From: a virus
Taxonomy: Duplodnaviria > Caudoviricetes
Length of the DNA stretch: 64,000 nucleotides
Direction: 5' to 3' (one strand)
Virus record (IMG/VR): IMGVR_UViG_3300042691_038096
Coordinates: 999-64,998 of that record
Shown piece after piece: positions 6,702 to 15,977 of this stretch. The translations under genes were made by a program, and so were the position numbers. How positions within the stretch are numbered: position 1 is the stretch's first letter; every line of letters begins with the position of its first letter. The notes below the pieces were generated by a model. It was not told the DNA's origin. It was given only the letters and a program-made list of their open reading frames with translations, and did no database searches.

Positions 6702-7110
6702 GTTCGTGGAATCCATCATTGGCCTGTTTAATGTAATTATAGGCCTGTGATATATGATCTTGAATCCAACCAGGTAGGTCCCTTTCTAAGGGGCCTATTT
6801 TTTTCTCTAACTCGTATGCAGCTTCATGGATGGCTTTTAAATGATTCATTGCCATGCCAACTTCATGATCATTGGCTTCAGAAAGATTAGAGGTTTTCCA
6901 ATGTGGGCTTTGGTGTGCACCACGAGTTGGGTGTACTTCAAATCCTTGATACTCTGGAGTATCATATGCATTAGTATTGGTACCAGCCATTTCATCCCAA
7001 AATGCTTTGAAATCTTTTACGGTTCCTTTGTAATGGCGGATCTTATTTAGATCCTCTCTTTCCTGTTTATTCGCGTTCAAGTGGTCTTCCATATTTTTTC
7101 TTAAGTTCAT
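6694..7110 (-). CDS. putative internal head protein
   Basis: VKDFKAFWDE motif; DHEVGMA...LPGWIQDHISQA helix; start may be 7092. Confidence 0.6.
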   Translation of the reverse strand: MNLRKNMEDHLNANKQEREDLNKIRHYKGTVKDFKAFWDEMAGTNTNAYDTPEYQGFEVHPTRGAHQSPHWKTSNLSEANDHEVGMAMNHLKAIHEAAYELEKKIGPLERDLPGWIQDHISQAYNYIKQANDGFHELS

Positions 7111-7327
7111 GGATTGCAGTTTGAACCTTTAGTTTCTCTAGATCAATCTTATCCATTTTGATCTTTAGTTCATAAAGTCCTATTGCAAAATTATCTTGAC
7201 GATCTTGTGCAGCACGATATCTTTTAATGTTTTGCTGTTCTCTGCGCTTTAGTCTTTCGGCTGTCGCAGCAGGATCAAACTCATAGTCTGATGCCTCACC
7301 TAAATAATCGTTGAAATTTGTTATCAT
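7067..7327 (-). CDS. putative internal head protein (MITNFNDYLGE start)
   Basis: ORF restarted at 7327; capsid-targeting-like N-terminus. Confidence 0.6.
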   Translation of the reverse strand: MITNFNDYLGEASDYEFDPAATAERLKRREQQNIKRYRAAQDRQDNFAIGLYELKIKMDKIDLEKLKVQTAIHELKKKYGRPLERE

Positions 7328-7328
7328 A

Positions 7329-7781
7329 TTAAAATGTATTGTCCATGATGAACTTTTTGATATCTTCAACTAAAGCCTTCTTAGCTCTATCGGCTCCTGG
7401 CTTAAGATAGTCTTTTTCAATCATATAGTCAATTAAAACAGTTGCAAGTACCTGCGCCCCTGATGGTTTTTTATCTCCTGCGATTTGTACCATTGCTTCA
7501 CTCATTGCAGAATAGCTTTCACATGCTTCATCAATTTTTTCATTGATATGTTTTTTAGCCTCTTTGATATAGGATTCTGCTGTATGCTCTGGATTATCAT
7601 TAGTTTCGTATGCTTGTGCTTCTTTTGCTACACAATTTCCTAAATGCATAACAGGGCCTACGATTGCATCCATGTTATATCCTGTTCCAATGTTTCTACC
7701 GCCAGATAAAGAAAATGTTGCAGTAGTGTTACCACCAAAGCCAGCTGGTACGAAGTCTTCAAATAATTTAATTTTGTCCAT
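7329..7781 (-). CDS. putative internal head protein (MDKIKLFEDF start)
   Basis: Capsid-targeting-like N-terminus; late motif GAATATATA upstream on the minus strand (7798-7806). Confidence 0.7.
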   Translation of the reverse strand: MDKIKLFEDFVPAGFGGNTTATFSLSGGRNIGTGYNMDAIVGPVMHLGNCVAKEAQAYETNDNPEHTAESYIKEAKKHINEKIDEACESYSAMSEAMVQIAGDKKPSGAQVLATVLIDYMIEKDYLKPGADRAKKALVEDIKKFIMDNTF

Positions 7782-7808
7782 TTCAGATTTGTTTTTTTAT
7801 ATATTCAT

Positions 7809-7835
7809 AAACTAATGTACTAAATGACATATAAA
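7809..7835 (+). promoter_or_regulatory. putative middle promoter AAAC-N17-TATAAA
   Basis: Motif family match; divergent from a minus-strand late motif. Confidence 0.65.
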
Positions 7836-7849
7836 AATAAACATAGACT

Positions 7850-8053
7850 ATGAGCGATTTTCATAAAACACCAATGGGCCGTAAATACTATGAATCAGAC
7901 CTTCCTCGTTTGATTGAAGTATTAGAAAAGCTAGGTAAACAAATGGAATTATCAAACCAGCTGCAGGAAAAGAAATTCAGACTTGAAGAAAAACTAACTA
8001 GACTTCAAATCAGAAATCTTAATGAAGCAGCTGATAATGATAAAGTCTTTTAA
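7850..8053 (+). CDS. hypothetical protein (FHKTPMGRKYYE family)
   Basis: ORF track. Confidence 0.7.
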   Translation: MSDFHKTPMGRKYYESDLPRLIEVLEKLGKQMELSNQLQEKKFRLEEKLTRLQIRNLNEAADNDKVF

Positions 8054-8614
8054 ATGAGTAACCTAATACGGACAATTCCTGGTCAGGATTTTTCGCTAGT
8101 CAATGATAGATGTTTATCTCATCCTGGCTGTATAGTTGACATAGGTTGCTTAGGTTGGGATTGGTCTAAATTCTTTATAGGTAAGAAAAGAGTAATTGGT
8201 GTTGATCCATTTGAGGATGCAATAGACCAAACAGAAATCTTTAAGGGATGTATTTATAATTTTAACGGTGTTATGAAATTAACAAATAATGATATTGCCA
8301 CTAGCATATTTGGAGGTGGGAATACTTTAGTTGGCGTTATAACATGGAAATCATTTTTAATGTCCTTTGGCATTGATAGCATTTCTGTACTTAAGATAAA
8401 TATTGAAGGTGCCGAATATGAATTACTTAAATCAATGACATCTGAAGATTTTAAGATGATTGATCAAATTGCAATAAGTTTTCATGATTGGCTAAACCCA
8501 GAATGGGAAACAGATACTAAAGACTGTTTAAAGTATCTTGAGAAAAACAATTTTGAAATAAAGCAGATCTTTCCTCAATGGGGTTGGTATCTTGCCACTA
8601 AAAAGTATGAGTAA
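8054..8614 (+). CDS. FkbM-family SAM-dependent methyltransferase
   Basis: IVDIGC, VIGVDP, LKINIEGAEYELL, QIAISFH. Confidence 0.82.
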   Translation: MSNLIRTIPGQDFSLVNDRCLSHPGCIVDIGCLGWDWSKFFIGKKRVIGVDPFEDAIDQTEIFKGCIYNFNGVMKLTNNDIATSIFGGGNTLVGVITWKSFLMSFGIDSISVLKINIEGAEYELLKSMTSEDFKMIDQIAISFHDWLNPEWETDTKDCLKYLEKNNFEIKQIFPQWGWYLATKKYE

Positions 8615-8867
8615 AAAGCCAATAACAAAGGAAGAGTTTTTATCAGCTTTAGATAAAGGTAAGAAGGGATACCTTCAAAAACCAAAATCTTGGCAAAAGA
8701 TCTGGTATTGGTGGGAAGACGAAGACCACTGGTTCATGAATGTGTATAAGGAGGAAAAGAAAGGTTCGGTAAATACAGGAAAATCTTCATGGATCATTGC
8801 AAAAGATTTACCTAATTGGTTAGATATGGATGAAAGGTCAGGTTATAAATTTTACATTGATGAATAA
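8607..8867 (+). CDS. hypothetical protein
   Basis: ORF track, restarted at MSKKP. Confidence 0.6.
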   Translation: MSKKPITKEEFLSALDKGKKGYLQKPKSWQKIWYWWEDEDHWFMNVYKEEKKGSVNTGKSSWIIAKDLPNWLDMDERSGYKFYIDE

Positions 8868-9204
8868 TTTAGTTGCTGCATTTTTACTTTTCTTTTTTGC
8901 ACAGGGTGTAATTTGGTTTCAGACCAATGGGCAATTCATTTGGCCTTGGTTTAAAGAACATCCGGTTATCGTTGCATTTACATTAGGAGGTTTTGCTGCT
9001 CTTATGTTCTTAACAGCTACACGTTATGTAGTAGATCATTTTAATGGCTTATTTTGGCCAGGTAGGTTTATCGCATTTGCTACTGGGATGTTGATCTTTG
9101 CTGTTTTAACTTACCTCTTTAGAGGTGAAGGCATGAATGCTAAGACTATAGTATCTTTGATACTTTCATTATGTATCATCTGCTTACAAATATTTTGGAA
9201 ATGA
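8860..9204 (+). CDS. 4-TM membrane protein (SMR/EamA-like)
   Basis: Four hydrophobic helices; GE.MNAKT loop pattern. Confidence 0.65.
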   Translation: MNNLVAAFLLFFFAQGVIWFQTNGQFIWPWFKEHPVIVAFTLGGFAALMFLTATRYVVDHFNGLFWPGRFIAFATGMLIFAVLTYLFRGEGMNAKTIVSLILSLCIICLQIFWK

Positions 9205-10031
9205 TGGATCCTTATAAAATATTAGGCGTTGAAAGAAATGCAACAGATGATGATATTAAAAAAGCATATCGTCGATTAGCCAAAGAGCATCACCCAGATA
9301 GAACACACGGTGATGATACTCGGTTTAAAGAGATTGCACAGGCTTATGAAATCTTAAGTGATCCTACTAAGAAAGCGCAATGGAATAATCAATCCAGATT
9401 TGGAGGTAATTTTAACGGTGGATTTGAGGACCAATTCTATGAAGAGTTTTTAAGAAACCAAGGTTTTTCCGATATGTTCAATAACCGCTATGGCTGGGCC
9501 GCAAACGGTAAAGGGCAGGATGTAAAAGCCCAGATTCAAATTAGTCTTGAAGATGCATATCATGGAGTTACCCGTGAGATGAGAATAGGAATGAAACCTA
9601 TTGCAGTAACTATTCCTAGAGGAATTAGAAACGGACAACGGCTAAGACTTAAGGGATTGGGTCAGAGAGGAATGACAGAAGATCTTCATGGTGATTTGAT
9701 TCTTACTGTGATTGTTGGAGATCATCCAGATTATATGATAGACAATCGAGGTTTACATAAGATACATAGAGTAAATATATTTGATGCAATGTTAGGTGGT
9801 AAAGGCGTGGTAGATATCTTTGATAAAAAGATAAGTTTTACTATTCCGCCTAATACACAGAATGGTACTTTACTTAGAATACAAAGTAAAGGGTTTCCTC
9901 TGTATAATCAAAACGAAGCATGCGGAGACCTATACATAAATACGTTAATTGAGATTCCTAAGTCTTTAACTGATTATGAAAAATCTCTTTTGTTACAAAT
10001 TAAAGAATCTATAGATGGACGAGAGGGATAG
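9201..10031 (+). CDS. dnaJ: class B J-domain co-chaperone (DnaJ/CbpA-like)
   Basis: DPYKILGV...IKKAYRRLAKEHHPD, G/F linker, two C-terminal domains, no Zn finger. Confidence 0.93.
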   Translation: MMDPYKILGVERNATDDDIKKAYRRLAKEHHPDRTHGDDTRFKEIAQAYEILSDPTKKAQWNNQSRFGGNFNGGFEDQFYEEFLRNQGFSDMFNNRYGWAANGKGQDVKAQIQISLEDAYHGVTREMRIGMKPIAVTIPRGIRNGQRLRLKGLGQRGMTEDLHGDLILTVIVGDHPDYMIDNRGLHKIHRVNIFDAMLGGKGVVDIFDKKISFTIPPNTQNGTLLRIQSKGFPLYNQNEACGDLYINTLIEIPKSLTDYEKSLLLQIKESIDGREG

Positions 10032-10269
10032 ATACTTAAGAATTTTACTAGATAATTTAGAAAAGCTAAATTATGATGATTATATGAATCTATGTTATAA
10101 TATGATTATGACATTTCCACAGGATGTATTAACATATGATGATGTTTCTGCTAAGCATAGAATAGAAAGTTTAGATAAGTTGATATCTCACTTTGCAGAA
10201 AAAGAAGAATATGAAAAATGCAATGAGATAAAAAAGATACAGTCTCTCTTAAATAATGACAATATATGA
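10015..10269 (+). CDS. hypothetical protein with C-terminal UvrB/UvrC-like motif
   Basis: AEKEEYEKCNEIKKI. Confidence 0.6.
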   Translation: MDERDRYLRILLDNLEKLNYDDYMNLCYNMIMTFPQDVLTYDDVSAKHRIESLDKLISHFAEKEEYEKCNEIKKIQSLLNNDNI

Positions 10270-11018
10270 TAAGTCTTTTAGAACATTTTAATTACACGCC
10301 ACCTAAGTTAAAAGTAGGAAAGGTTGGCTCATTTGAAATCAGGGAAAATTCGCCTGGTTATTTTTATCTCTATTTAGATGGAGAGCAGTGGATGGCATAT
10401 GATATGAATAGCCATCTTGAAGCATATGAATTGTTTTCACACTACAAACTAGCCAAGGGACATACTGTAGTTACAGGATTAGGCTTTGGCGTTAGGGAAA
10501 ATTGGATCCTAACAAAGTCTGATGTTACAAAGTTAACAATCATTGAAAGAAGTAAAGAGGTTATAGATTATCATAAAAAGAATAAGTCTGCATTTTTGAA
10601 AGATCTTAGGGTTGAAATTATAAACATGGATGCATCAGACTATAAAGGCACATGCGATGTTCTTCTTTTAGATCATTATGAAACTGCCGATTATGAAGCT
10701 ATACTTGCTGACGTTAAGAAAATACATGATAATGTAAAATGTAAATCAATGTGGTTTTGGCCATTTGAAAAAATCATTATGCATTCCAGAAGATGGCATA
10801 CATTTAATGATGAGCCTTATCAGTTGATCACTAAGTATGAAGCCTTTAAGCTATTGCAAAAGAATTGGGGTTTAGATAAGCTTTATGATTTTTCAGAAGC
10901 TGATATTAATCTAATATGTATGATGTTTGGTTCAAAGTTGTTTTCCCAATCTGAGTGGGCACTTAATTCAATGTTTGGGGATCGTAAAGTCCACCATGAG
11001 ATCTATAGAAGAATCTAA
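10266..11018 (+). CDS. class I SAM-dependent methyltransferase / spermidine-synthase-like protein
   Basis: VVTGLGFG, LTIIERS, INMDA, DVLLLDH. Confidence 0.72.
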   Translation: MISLLEHFNYTPPKLKVGKVGSFEIRENSPGYFYLYLDGEQWMAYDMNSHLEAYELFSHYKLAKGHTVVTGLGFGVRENWILTKSDVTKLTIIERSKEVIDYHKKNKSAFLKDLRVEIINMDASDYKGTCDVLLLDHYETADYEAILADVKKIHDNVKCKSMWFWPFEKIIMHSRRWHTFNDEPYQLITKYEAFKLLQKNWGLDKLYDFSEADINLICMMFGSKLFSQSEWALNSMFGDRKVHHEIYRRI

Positions 11019-11065
11019 TTGTTAATAACTTTTTTCATCTGGAGAGAAAAAAGTCTCCTAAAAAT

Positions 11066-11095
11066 TTTCAAATCCCAATTATTTGTATTATATTT
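11066..11095 (+). promoter_or_regulatory. putative early promoter TTTCA-N18-TATATTT
   Basis: Motif family match upstream of DNA ligase. Confidence 0.6.
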
Positions 11096-11107
11096 ATATA
11101 AAATTAA

Positions 11108-12418
11108 ATGGATATGGAAATACTAATTAAGGACCTCAATTATCTGCAATCCTTCCTGGATGAAATGAACGAATCATCTTCAGGTAATCATAAGATTGCA
11201 ACTATTCGTAAACATGCTGAATCTGATTTTCTAAAGAAGGTCTTTAATTACACCTACAATCCATTCAAAAAGTATGGTGTTCATACCAGAGTTCTTAAAA
11301 AGAATTCTCACCTTAATGCACCAGAGAATTTGTATTCTGACCTATTCCAATTATTGGATGACCTGGCAGAAAACAATTTAACTGGGCATGCCGCTATCAT
11401 GGCGGTAAATTCATTCGTAAATGAATTACCAGAGAATCTTCAAAAACTGATCCACTATATTTTGGATAGAGACCTTCGTATGGGTGCCTCTATTACATCG
11501 GTACTTAAAATTCATCCTAATATTATTCCTATCTTTAAGGTAGCACTCGCACACCCTTATTCGCCAAGCCGAGTAAACTTCCAAAAAGAAGAATGGTTCG
11601 GTTCTCGTAAACTTGACGGAGTCCGTTGTATCTGCCGCAAGGAAGGTAACACAGTAACTTTTTATTCAAGGAATGGTAAAGAATTTGAAACTCTAGGTCG
11701 TATCGCCGAGGATGTGAAACAGATACCAGGTAACTTTATCCTAGATGGAGAAGTCTGTATGGTTGACCAAAATGGTAAGGAAGACTTCCAAGGTATTATG
11801 AAGGAAATCCGCCGTAAGGATCATACTATTAAGAATCCTAAATTCCTGGTATTTGACTGTCTTACCATAACCGAATTTGATAATCACACTGGAACTACCA
11901 AACTATCTGACCGTTTACAAAGAACTGAAATGTTAGAAATTTCAAAAGGACATTTGGAAACACTAACACTCGTTGACCAGGTACTTATTACCACTGACGA
12001 ACAGTTTACCGAAATGGCTAAGGATGCCGAGATTAATGGTTATGAAGGTATCATGGTTCGTAAGAACATTGGTTATGAAGGTACTCGTTCACATAACCTT
12101 CTTAAGGTAAAGAAATTCCATGATGAGGAATACACGGTTTTAGAATGTGTGAACGGTACAATCCGATGGACTGAAAATGGCCAACAGGTAGAAAAGGAAT
12201 GTTTAAGCAGTATCATTATTGAACATAAAGGGTACCGGGTATCGGTAGGATCTGGTTTTTCAAAAGAACAACGAGAGTATTACCTTAACCGCCATGATGA
12301 ACTAATCGGTAAGACCGTAACTGTTCAGTATTTTGAAGAATCACAAAATCAGATGGGTGGATATTCATTAAGATTCCCTGTCGTAAAACATATATATGAT
12401 AATGGTCGAGATTGTTAA
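11108..12418 (+). CDS. lig: ATP-dependent DNA ligase
   Basis: KLDGVR (motif I), LDGE, EGIMVR, LLKVKK, OB domain with VGSGFS and SLRFP. Confidence 0.95.
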   Translation: MDMEILIKDLNYLQSFLDEMNESSSGNHKIATIRKHAESDFLKKVFNYTYNPFKKYGVHTRVLKKNSHLNAPENLYSDLFQLLDDLAENNLTGHAAIMAVNSFVNELPENLQKLIHYILDRDLRMGASITSVLKIHPNIIPIFKVALAHPYSPSRVNFQKEEWFGSRKLDGVRCICRKEGNTVTFYSRNGKEFETLGRIAEDVKQIPGNFILDGEVCMVDQNGKEDFQGIMKEIRRKDHTIKNPKFLVFDCLTITEFDNHTGTTKLSDRLQRTEMLEISKGHLETLTLVDQVLITTDEQFTEMAKDAEINGYEGIMVRKNIGYEGTRSHNLLKVKKFHDEEYTVLECVNGTIRWTENGQQVEKECLSSIIIEHKGYRVSVGSGFSKEQREYYLNRHDELIGKTVTVQYFEESQNQMGGYSLRFPVVKHIYDNGRDC

Positions 12419-12495
12419 TCAGTCTCACCTGATCTCACTTCTAATGAAGCCGGATCTAAGTAGAGATAAATATATTGATAAGAACATAAAAGATA

Positions 12496-13065
12496 ATGGC
12501 AAGTAATTCTAGCATAACTATATTTGACGTGGATGATACCCTGGTTGTTACTAAGAGTAAGATCAAGGTAATTAATCCTCGTACCGGTTATACTGCAGAA
12601 CTTACACCTCAAGAGTTTAATACATTTAAGAAAAGACGAGGCGATCAAATGGACTTTTCTGATTTTAAGAATCTTGAAATTCTAAAAGCAGGAAAGATTA
12701 TTGAATGGGTTTTTGAAATCTTAAAGAGAACAATTTCTAAAGGTAAACCTGTAGGAATCATTACTGCAAGGGATGATTCAAATTTGATCGTTGACTTTCT
12801 TGCACATAACGGAATAAGAATTAATCCAAGCTACATCTATGCGGTTAATGACCCATCATTAGGGTTTAAAGGTACTACCGCTCAAAAGAAATTAGCGGCC
12901 TTTGAAAAATTCCATGAGATGGGATTTACTGATTTTAGTTTCTTTGATGATGATGAGGAGAACATTGCAATTGCAAAGGAATTTGCAAAAGAGACGCCTG
13001 GTGTTAAAATGGATGCCAACCTAATTAAGAAAAAATGGATACCTCAGTTCGAAGACTTCACCTAA
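12496..13065 (+). CDS. HAD-superfamily phosphatase
   Basis: IFDVDDT, ITAR, K, FFDDDEEN. Confidence 0.85.
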   Translation: MASNSSITIFDVDDTLVVTKSKIKVINPRTGYTAELTPQEFNTFKKRRGDQMDFSDFKNLEILKAGKIIEWVFEILKRTISKGKPVGIITARDDSNLIVDFLAHNGIRINPSYIYAVNDPSLGFKGTTAQKKLAAFEKFHEMGFTDFSFFDDDEENIAIAKEFAKETPGVKMDANLIKKKWIPQFEDFT

Positions 13066-13505
13066 AGATTAATGCATTTAAGGAAATCTTACTTAGCATT
13101 AAAGAACTCTCCAATTCGTCAACCACACAGGTTGGCTGTATGGCACTAAGAAAAGACTTTAGTAAAATTGCCAGCTTTGGTTATAATGGATCTTATAGCG
13201 GAGCTGGAATCAATGATGAAACCGGAACAGAGGAAGAATCTCTTGTACCAGGTGAAAGCGGTTTTATTCATGCTGAGGTTAATATGATTGCAAAGTTTAA
13301 AGAGTATGATCCAGAAAACTACATTGTACTTCTAACACTCTCGCCGTGTAAAATGTGCACAAAGATTCTCGTTAATGCCGGATTCAAACATGTTTATTGG
13401 ATAGATGAATATCGTGATCTAGGTCATCTTAAAATATTTGACCAATGCAATATTAGCAGTGGTACATTTACAGATCTTATTGAACACTACCCTTCTATAA
13501 AATAG
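13035..13505 (+). CDS. dCMP deaminase
   Basis: GYNG, HAEVN, TLSPCKMC zinc motifs. Confidence 0.9.
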   Translation: MDTSVRRLHLKINAFKEILLSIKELSNSSTTQVGCMALRKDFSKIASFGYNGSYSGAGINDETGTEEESLVPGESGFIHAEVNMIAKFKEYDPENYIVLLTLSPCKMCTKILVNAGFKHVYWIDEYRDLGHLKIFDQCNISSGTFTDLIEHYPSIK

Positions 13506-13533
13506 TGAATATATACAAAAAAGTATATTCCCT

Positions 13534-14109
13534 TTGGTAGTTGAAGCCCTAACATTTAAAGTAGCATTAGACCTTTTAGAGTATTTTAGAAAAGGCCGCC
13601 TGTATAGTGCAAATATAGTAATTGGTTTTTGGGATAGAGTCTCAACTGAATTTACTACATTTAATTCATTGGATGAAATGTCATCCTATTTTGAAAGTAA
13701 CTATCAGATAATAGATACCTCATCTTTAGGAAGTTTATGTTATTTGCAGTCGGTAAATCTTAGTAGTGATCTTTATGATTTTCCAACTCAATATTCTCTT
13801 AAGGATGTTACAAGTGCATTTTCACTAACGGTTGGATCTTCTTATGATATTCAAAGAAATGCGCAAAGATCAATTTTTGTAGATAGACAATCTGGTTTTA
13901 TAAGACAGGGCATAAACGAATACTTACCGTTCTATAATGATATAAGAACAATATATGTTACAGGAATTTATTCCCAGCTTTATGCTGTTCCTGGTTGGAG
14001 TAGAGGAACATGGTATCTTAATTCATTACAAAGAGCCTTACTTTCAGAGTATTCAAATAATTCATTCCCTTATCCAAATGTAACTATTAGCAAGGATCCA
14101 CCTGCATAG
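13534..14109 (+). CDS. hypothetical late protein
   Basis: ORF with TTG start after late motif AATATATA at 13508. Confidence 0.6.
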   Translation: MVVEALTFKVALDLLEYFRKGRLYSANIVIGFWDRVSTEFTTFNSLDEMSSYFESNYQIIDTSSLGSLCYLQSVNLSSDLYDFPTQYSLKDVTSAFSLTVGSSYDIQRNAQRSIFVDRQSGFIRQGINEYLPFYNDIRTIYVTGIYSQLYAVPGWSRGTWYLNSLQRALLSEYSNNSFPYPNVTISKDPPA

Positions 14110-14117
14110 AATAAATA
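14110..14117 (+). promoter_or_regulatory. late promoter motif RATAWATA (representative copy)
   Basis: Found ~4-30 nt upstream of starts at 1914, 5158, 12465, 13508, 14110, 16498, 18153, 22057, 24712, 25920, 28124, 36806, 40728, 48790, 51646, 57404, 60537, 63395 and minus 7798; resembles the T4 late promoter TATAAATA. Confidence 0.65.
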
Positions 14118-14134
14118 AAAAAAGAATCTTTCCA

Positions 14135-15943
14135 ATGCCTTTTAATTTACAAGAGTATATCTTATTTAGAACAGAGCTTAAGCGCGAGCTATTAAATTTT
14201 GAAGTTGATAATAATTTCAAAATGGTTGCCAACCCATGGGTCAGTAATAGGGTATATGACGAAGGCAATATTGTGTATCATCCTGTGGAGGTTATTGGTC
14301 CTACTGGTGGACCGGTTGAAACTCTGGTTTGGTGGAGAGCAAATCAAAGAACTACACAGAGTATTTTTGATACTAATCAATGGGATCTAATTGGAGGTGT
14401 TGGAACAGGGGATGTTACACTTCAAGCTGCAAACGGTTTTGGCAGAATCCGTGTAAACTATACGGGTGCCGTTGGTTCTTGGCAAACTGCCAATGATGGC
14501 CTATTACTTTCAACAAATCCAGATTCATATCTTAACCTTGTTGCTGGAGCTGGTACCAGTCTTCAGTATGACACCACAACAAATTCAATTAAGATTATTA
14601 ACTTAGGATCTACTGGTGAAATAAATCATGGGGAGAACTTAAGTATTAGTGGAATTGATGTATTTGCCGGTATGAATGGTACCGACTTAACATTCAGAGG
14701 ATTTGACATTGGACCATTAAGTAGTCCGGCATTAACGGTTTCACTTGATGTAGTTAATGAAAACATTGAATATAGTTTAGATGAAGGGCAGATTGGATTA
14801 GAAAATCTAAATAGTGGATCTCCTACACTAGATCTTTTATCAGATGTTCAGTTTCCAACAACCCCAGCAAATAATGATATCTTACAATATAATTCAGCAA
14901 CATCAACATGGAGAAATGTTAGCTTATCAACATCAGGCGCACAAGGGCCTCAGGGTTATCAAGGTTTTATAGGAGCCACTGGAAGTGGTGCTACTGGTGC
15001 CACTGGAATAGGATCAACCGGTCCTCAAGGGGATACTGGTAATGATGGATCAAATAGTATAAGATGGAATCCATCTACTTCTTCCTCCCCACTTGCTGTA
15101 GGCAACTGGTATATTCAAAGCTACCCTTTATATACTATGGCTAGTGGTAAAATTGAAATTAATCAATTTGCTCCTACTGTAGGTAGAGGTAGTATTGATG
15201 CATCGGTTTGGTTAAACTCTATCCAGGTTGGAGATCAAATAAGTATTTATAATGTAGGCAATCCTCAAAACTTTGGTATCTATAGAATTGATTCAAAATC
15301 ACTTGTTGGCTCAGACTGGAAATATGATGTTACCTTAATTGTAGCAAACGGGTCAGTTGATCCTACGGCTCAGCAATCTATCTCCTTTGCTAGTAAGGGA
15401 TTTACTGGAGCAACAGGTACCGGTTTTACCGGAGCAACAGGTACCGGTTTTACCGGAGCAACTGGCGTAAATGGTGCAAGCGGACCACAAGGTGCCCCAG
15501 GAGCTACCGGCAGTGGTGCAACTGGTGCAACTGGCTCGCAAGGATCTCAAGGATCTCAAGGGTTTACTGGTTCTACTGGTTCAGGTTCTTATTCTATTAC
15601 AAGTTATGCTGCACTTAGTGGATCAACCGGTATTACTACCTTATGGGTAGGTAAGTGGTCAGATCTAGATCCGGCAAACGGCGGTGGTAGTTTAACATTT
15701 GCTCTTCCAAATACAGGTGTTGCACCAAATGCATTTAGTGATGGTGACATTGTTACATTACACCAAGAAAGCGGTGGAACTGTTAGCATTACTGCTCCGC
15801 CTGCAGGTAGCTTAAGCTGGCATAATCCTGGTACTGGATTAATTGGCACAGGAACTGTAACTATGTTACCTGGCGGTGTTCTTCATCTTAGGAAAGCCGG
15901 TAGCGCTGGTAGTATATGGAATGCTTGGGGTGATATAGCCTAA
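14135..15943 (+). CDS. collagen-repeat fibre/virion protein
   Basis: G-X-Y and GAT/GFT repeats; LSDV...DILQYN fibre repeat; late motif upstream. Confidence 0.8.
   Translation: MPFNLQEYILFRTELKRELLNFEVDNNFKMVANPWVSNRVYDEGNIVYHPVEVIGPTGGPVETLVWWRANQRTTQSIFDTNQWDLIGGVGTGDVTLQAANGFGRIRVNYTGAVGSWQTANDGLLLSTNPDSYLNLVAGAGTSLQYDTTTNSIKIINLGSTGEINHGENLSISGIDVFAGMNGTDLTFRGFDIGPLSSPALTVSLDVVNENIEYSLDEGQIGLENLNSGSPTLDLLSDVQFPTTPANNDILQYNSATSTWRNVSLSTSGAQGPQGYQGFIGATGSGATGATGIGSTGPQGDTGNDGSNSIRWNPSTSSSPLAVGNWYIQSYPLYTMASGKIEINQFAPTVGRGSIDASVWLNSIQVGDQISIYNVGNPQNFGIYRIDSKSLVGSDWKYDVTLIVANGSVDPTAQQSISFASKGFTGATGTGFTGATGTGFTGATGVNGASGPQGAPGATGSGATGATGSQGSQGSQGFTGSTGSGSYSITSYAALSGSTGITTLWVGKWSDLDPANGGGSLTFALPNTGVAPNAFSDGDIVTLHQESGGTVSITAPPAGSLSWHNPGTGLIGTGTVTMLPGGVLHLRKAGSAGSIWNAWGDIA
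15398..15466 (+). repeat. 24-bp tandem repeat (~2.8 copies) encoding GFTGATGT
   Basis: ggttttaccggagcaacaggtacc units. Confidence 0.85.
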
Positions 15944-15968
15944 ACAAATTTATTATCTTTCATATAAA
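15942..15968 (+). promoter_or_regulatory. putative middle promoter AAAC-N17-TATAAA
   Basis: Motif family match. Confidence 0.65.
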
Positions 15969-15977
15969 AATTAAACT

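Noticed and set aside
15398-15466. 24-bp tandem repeat as a phase-variation or regulatory locus
   Set aside because: In-frame coding expansion of the collagen-like segment; only changes fibre length
15353-15849. Minus-strand ORFs within the collagen fibre gene (also 46244..46762, 53896..54117, 57546..57731, 59971..60339)
   Set aside because: Antisense frames left open by codon bias of the + strand genes; no promoter motif or domain signature
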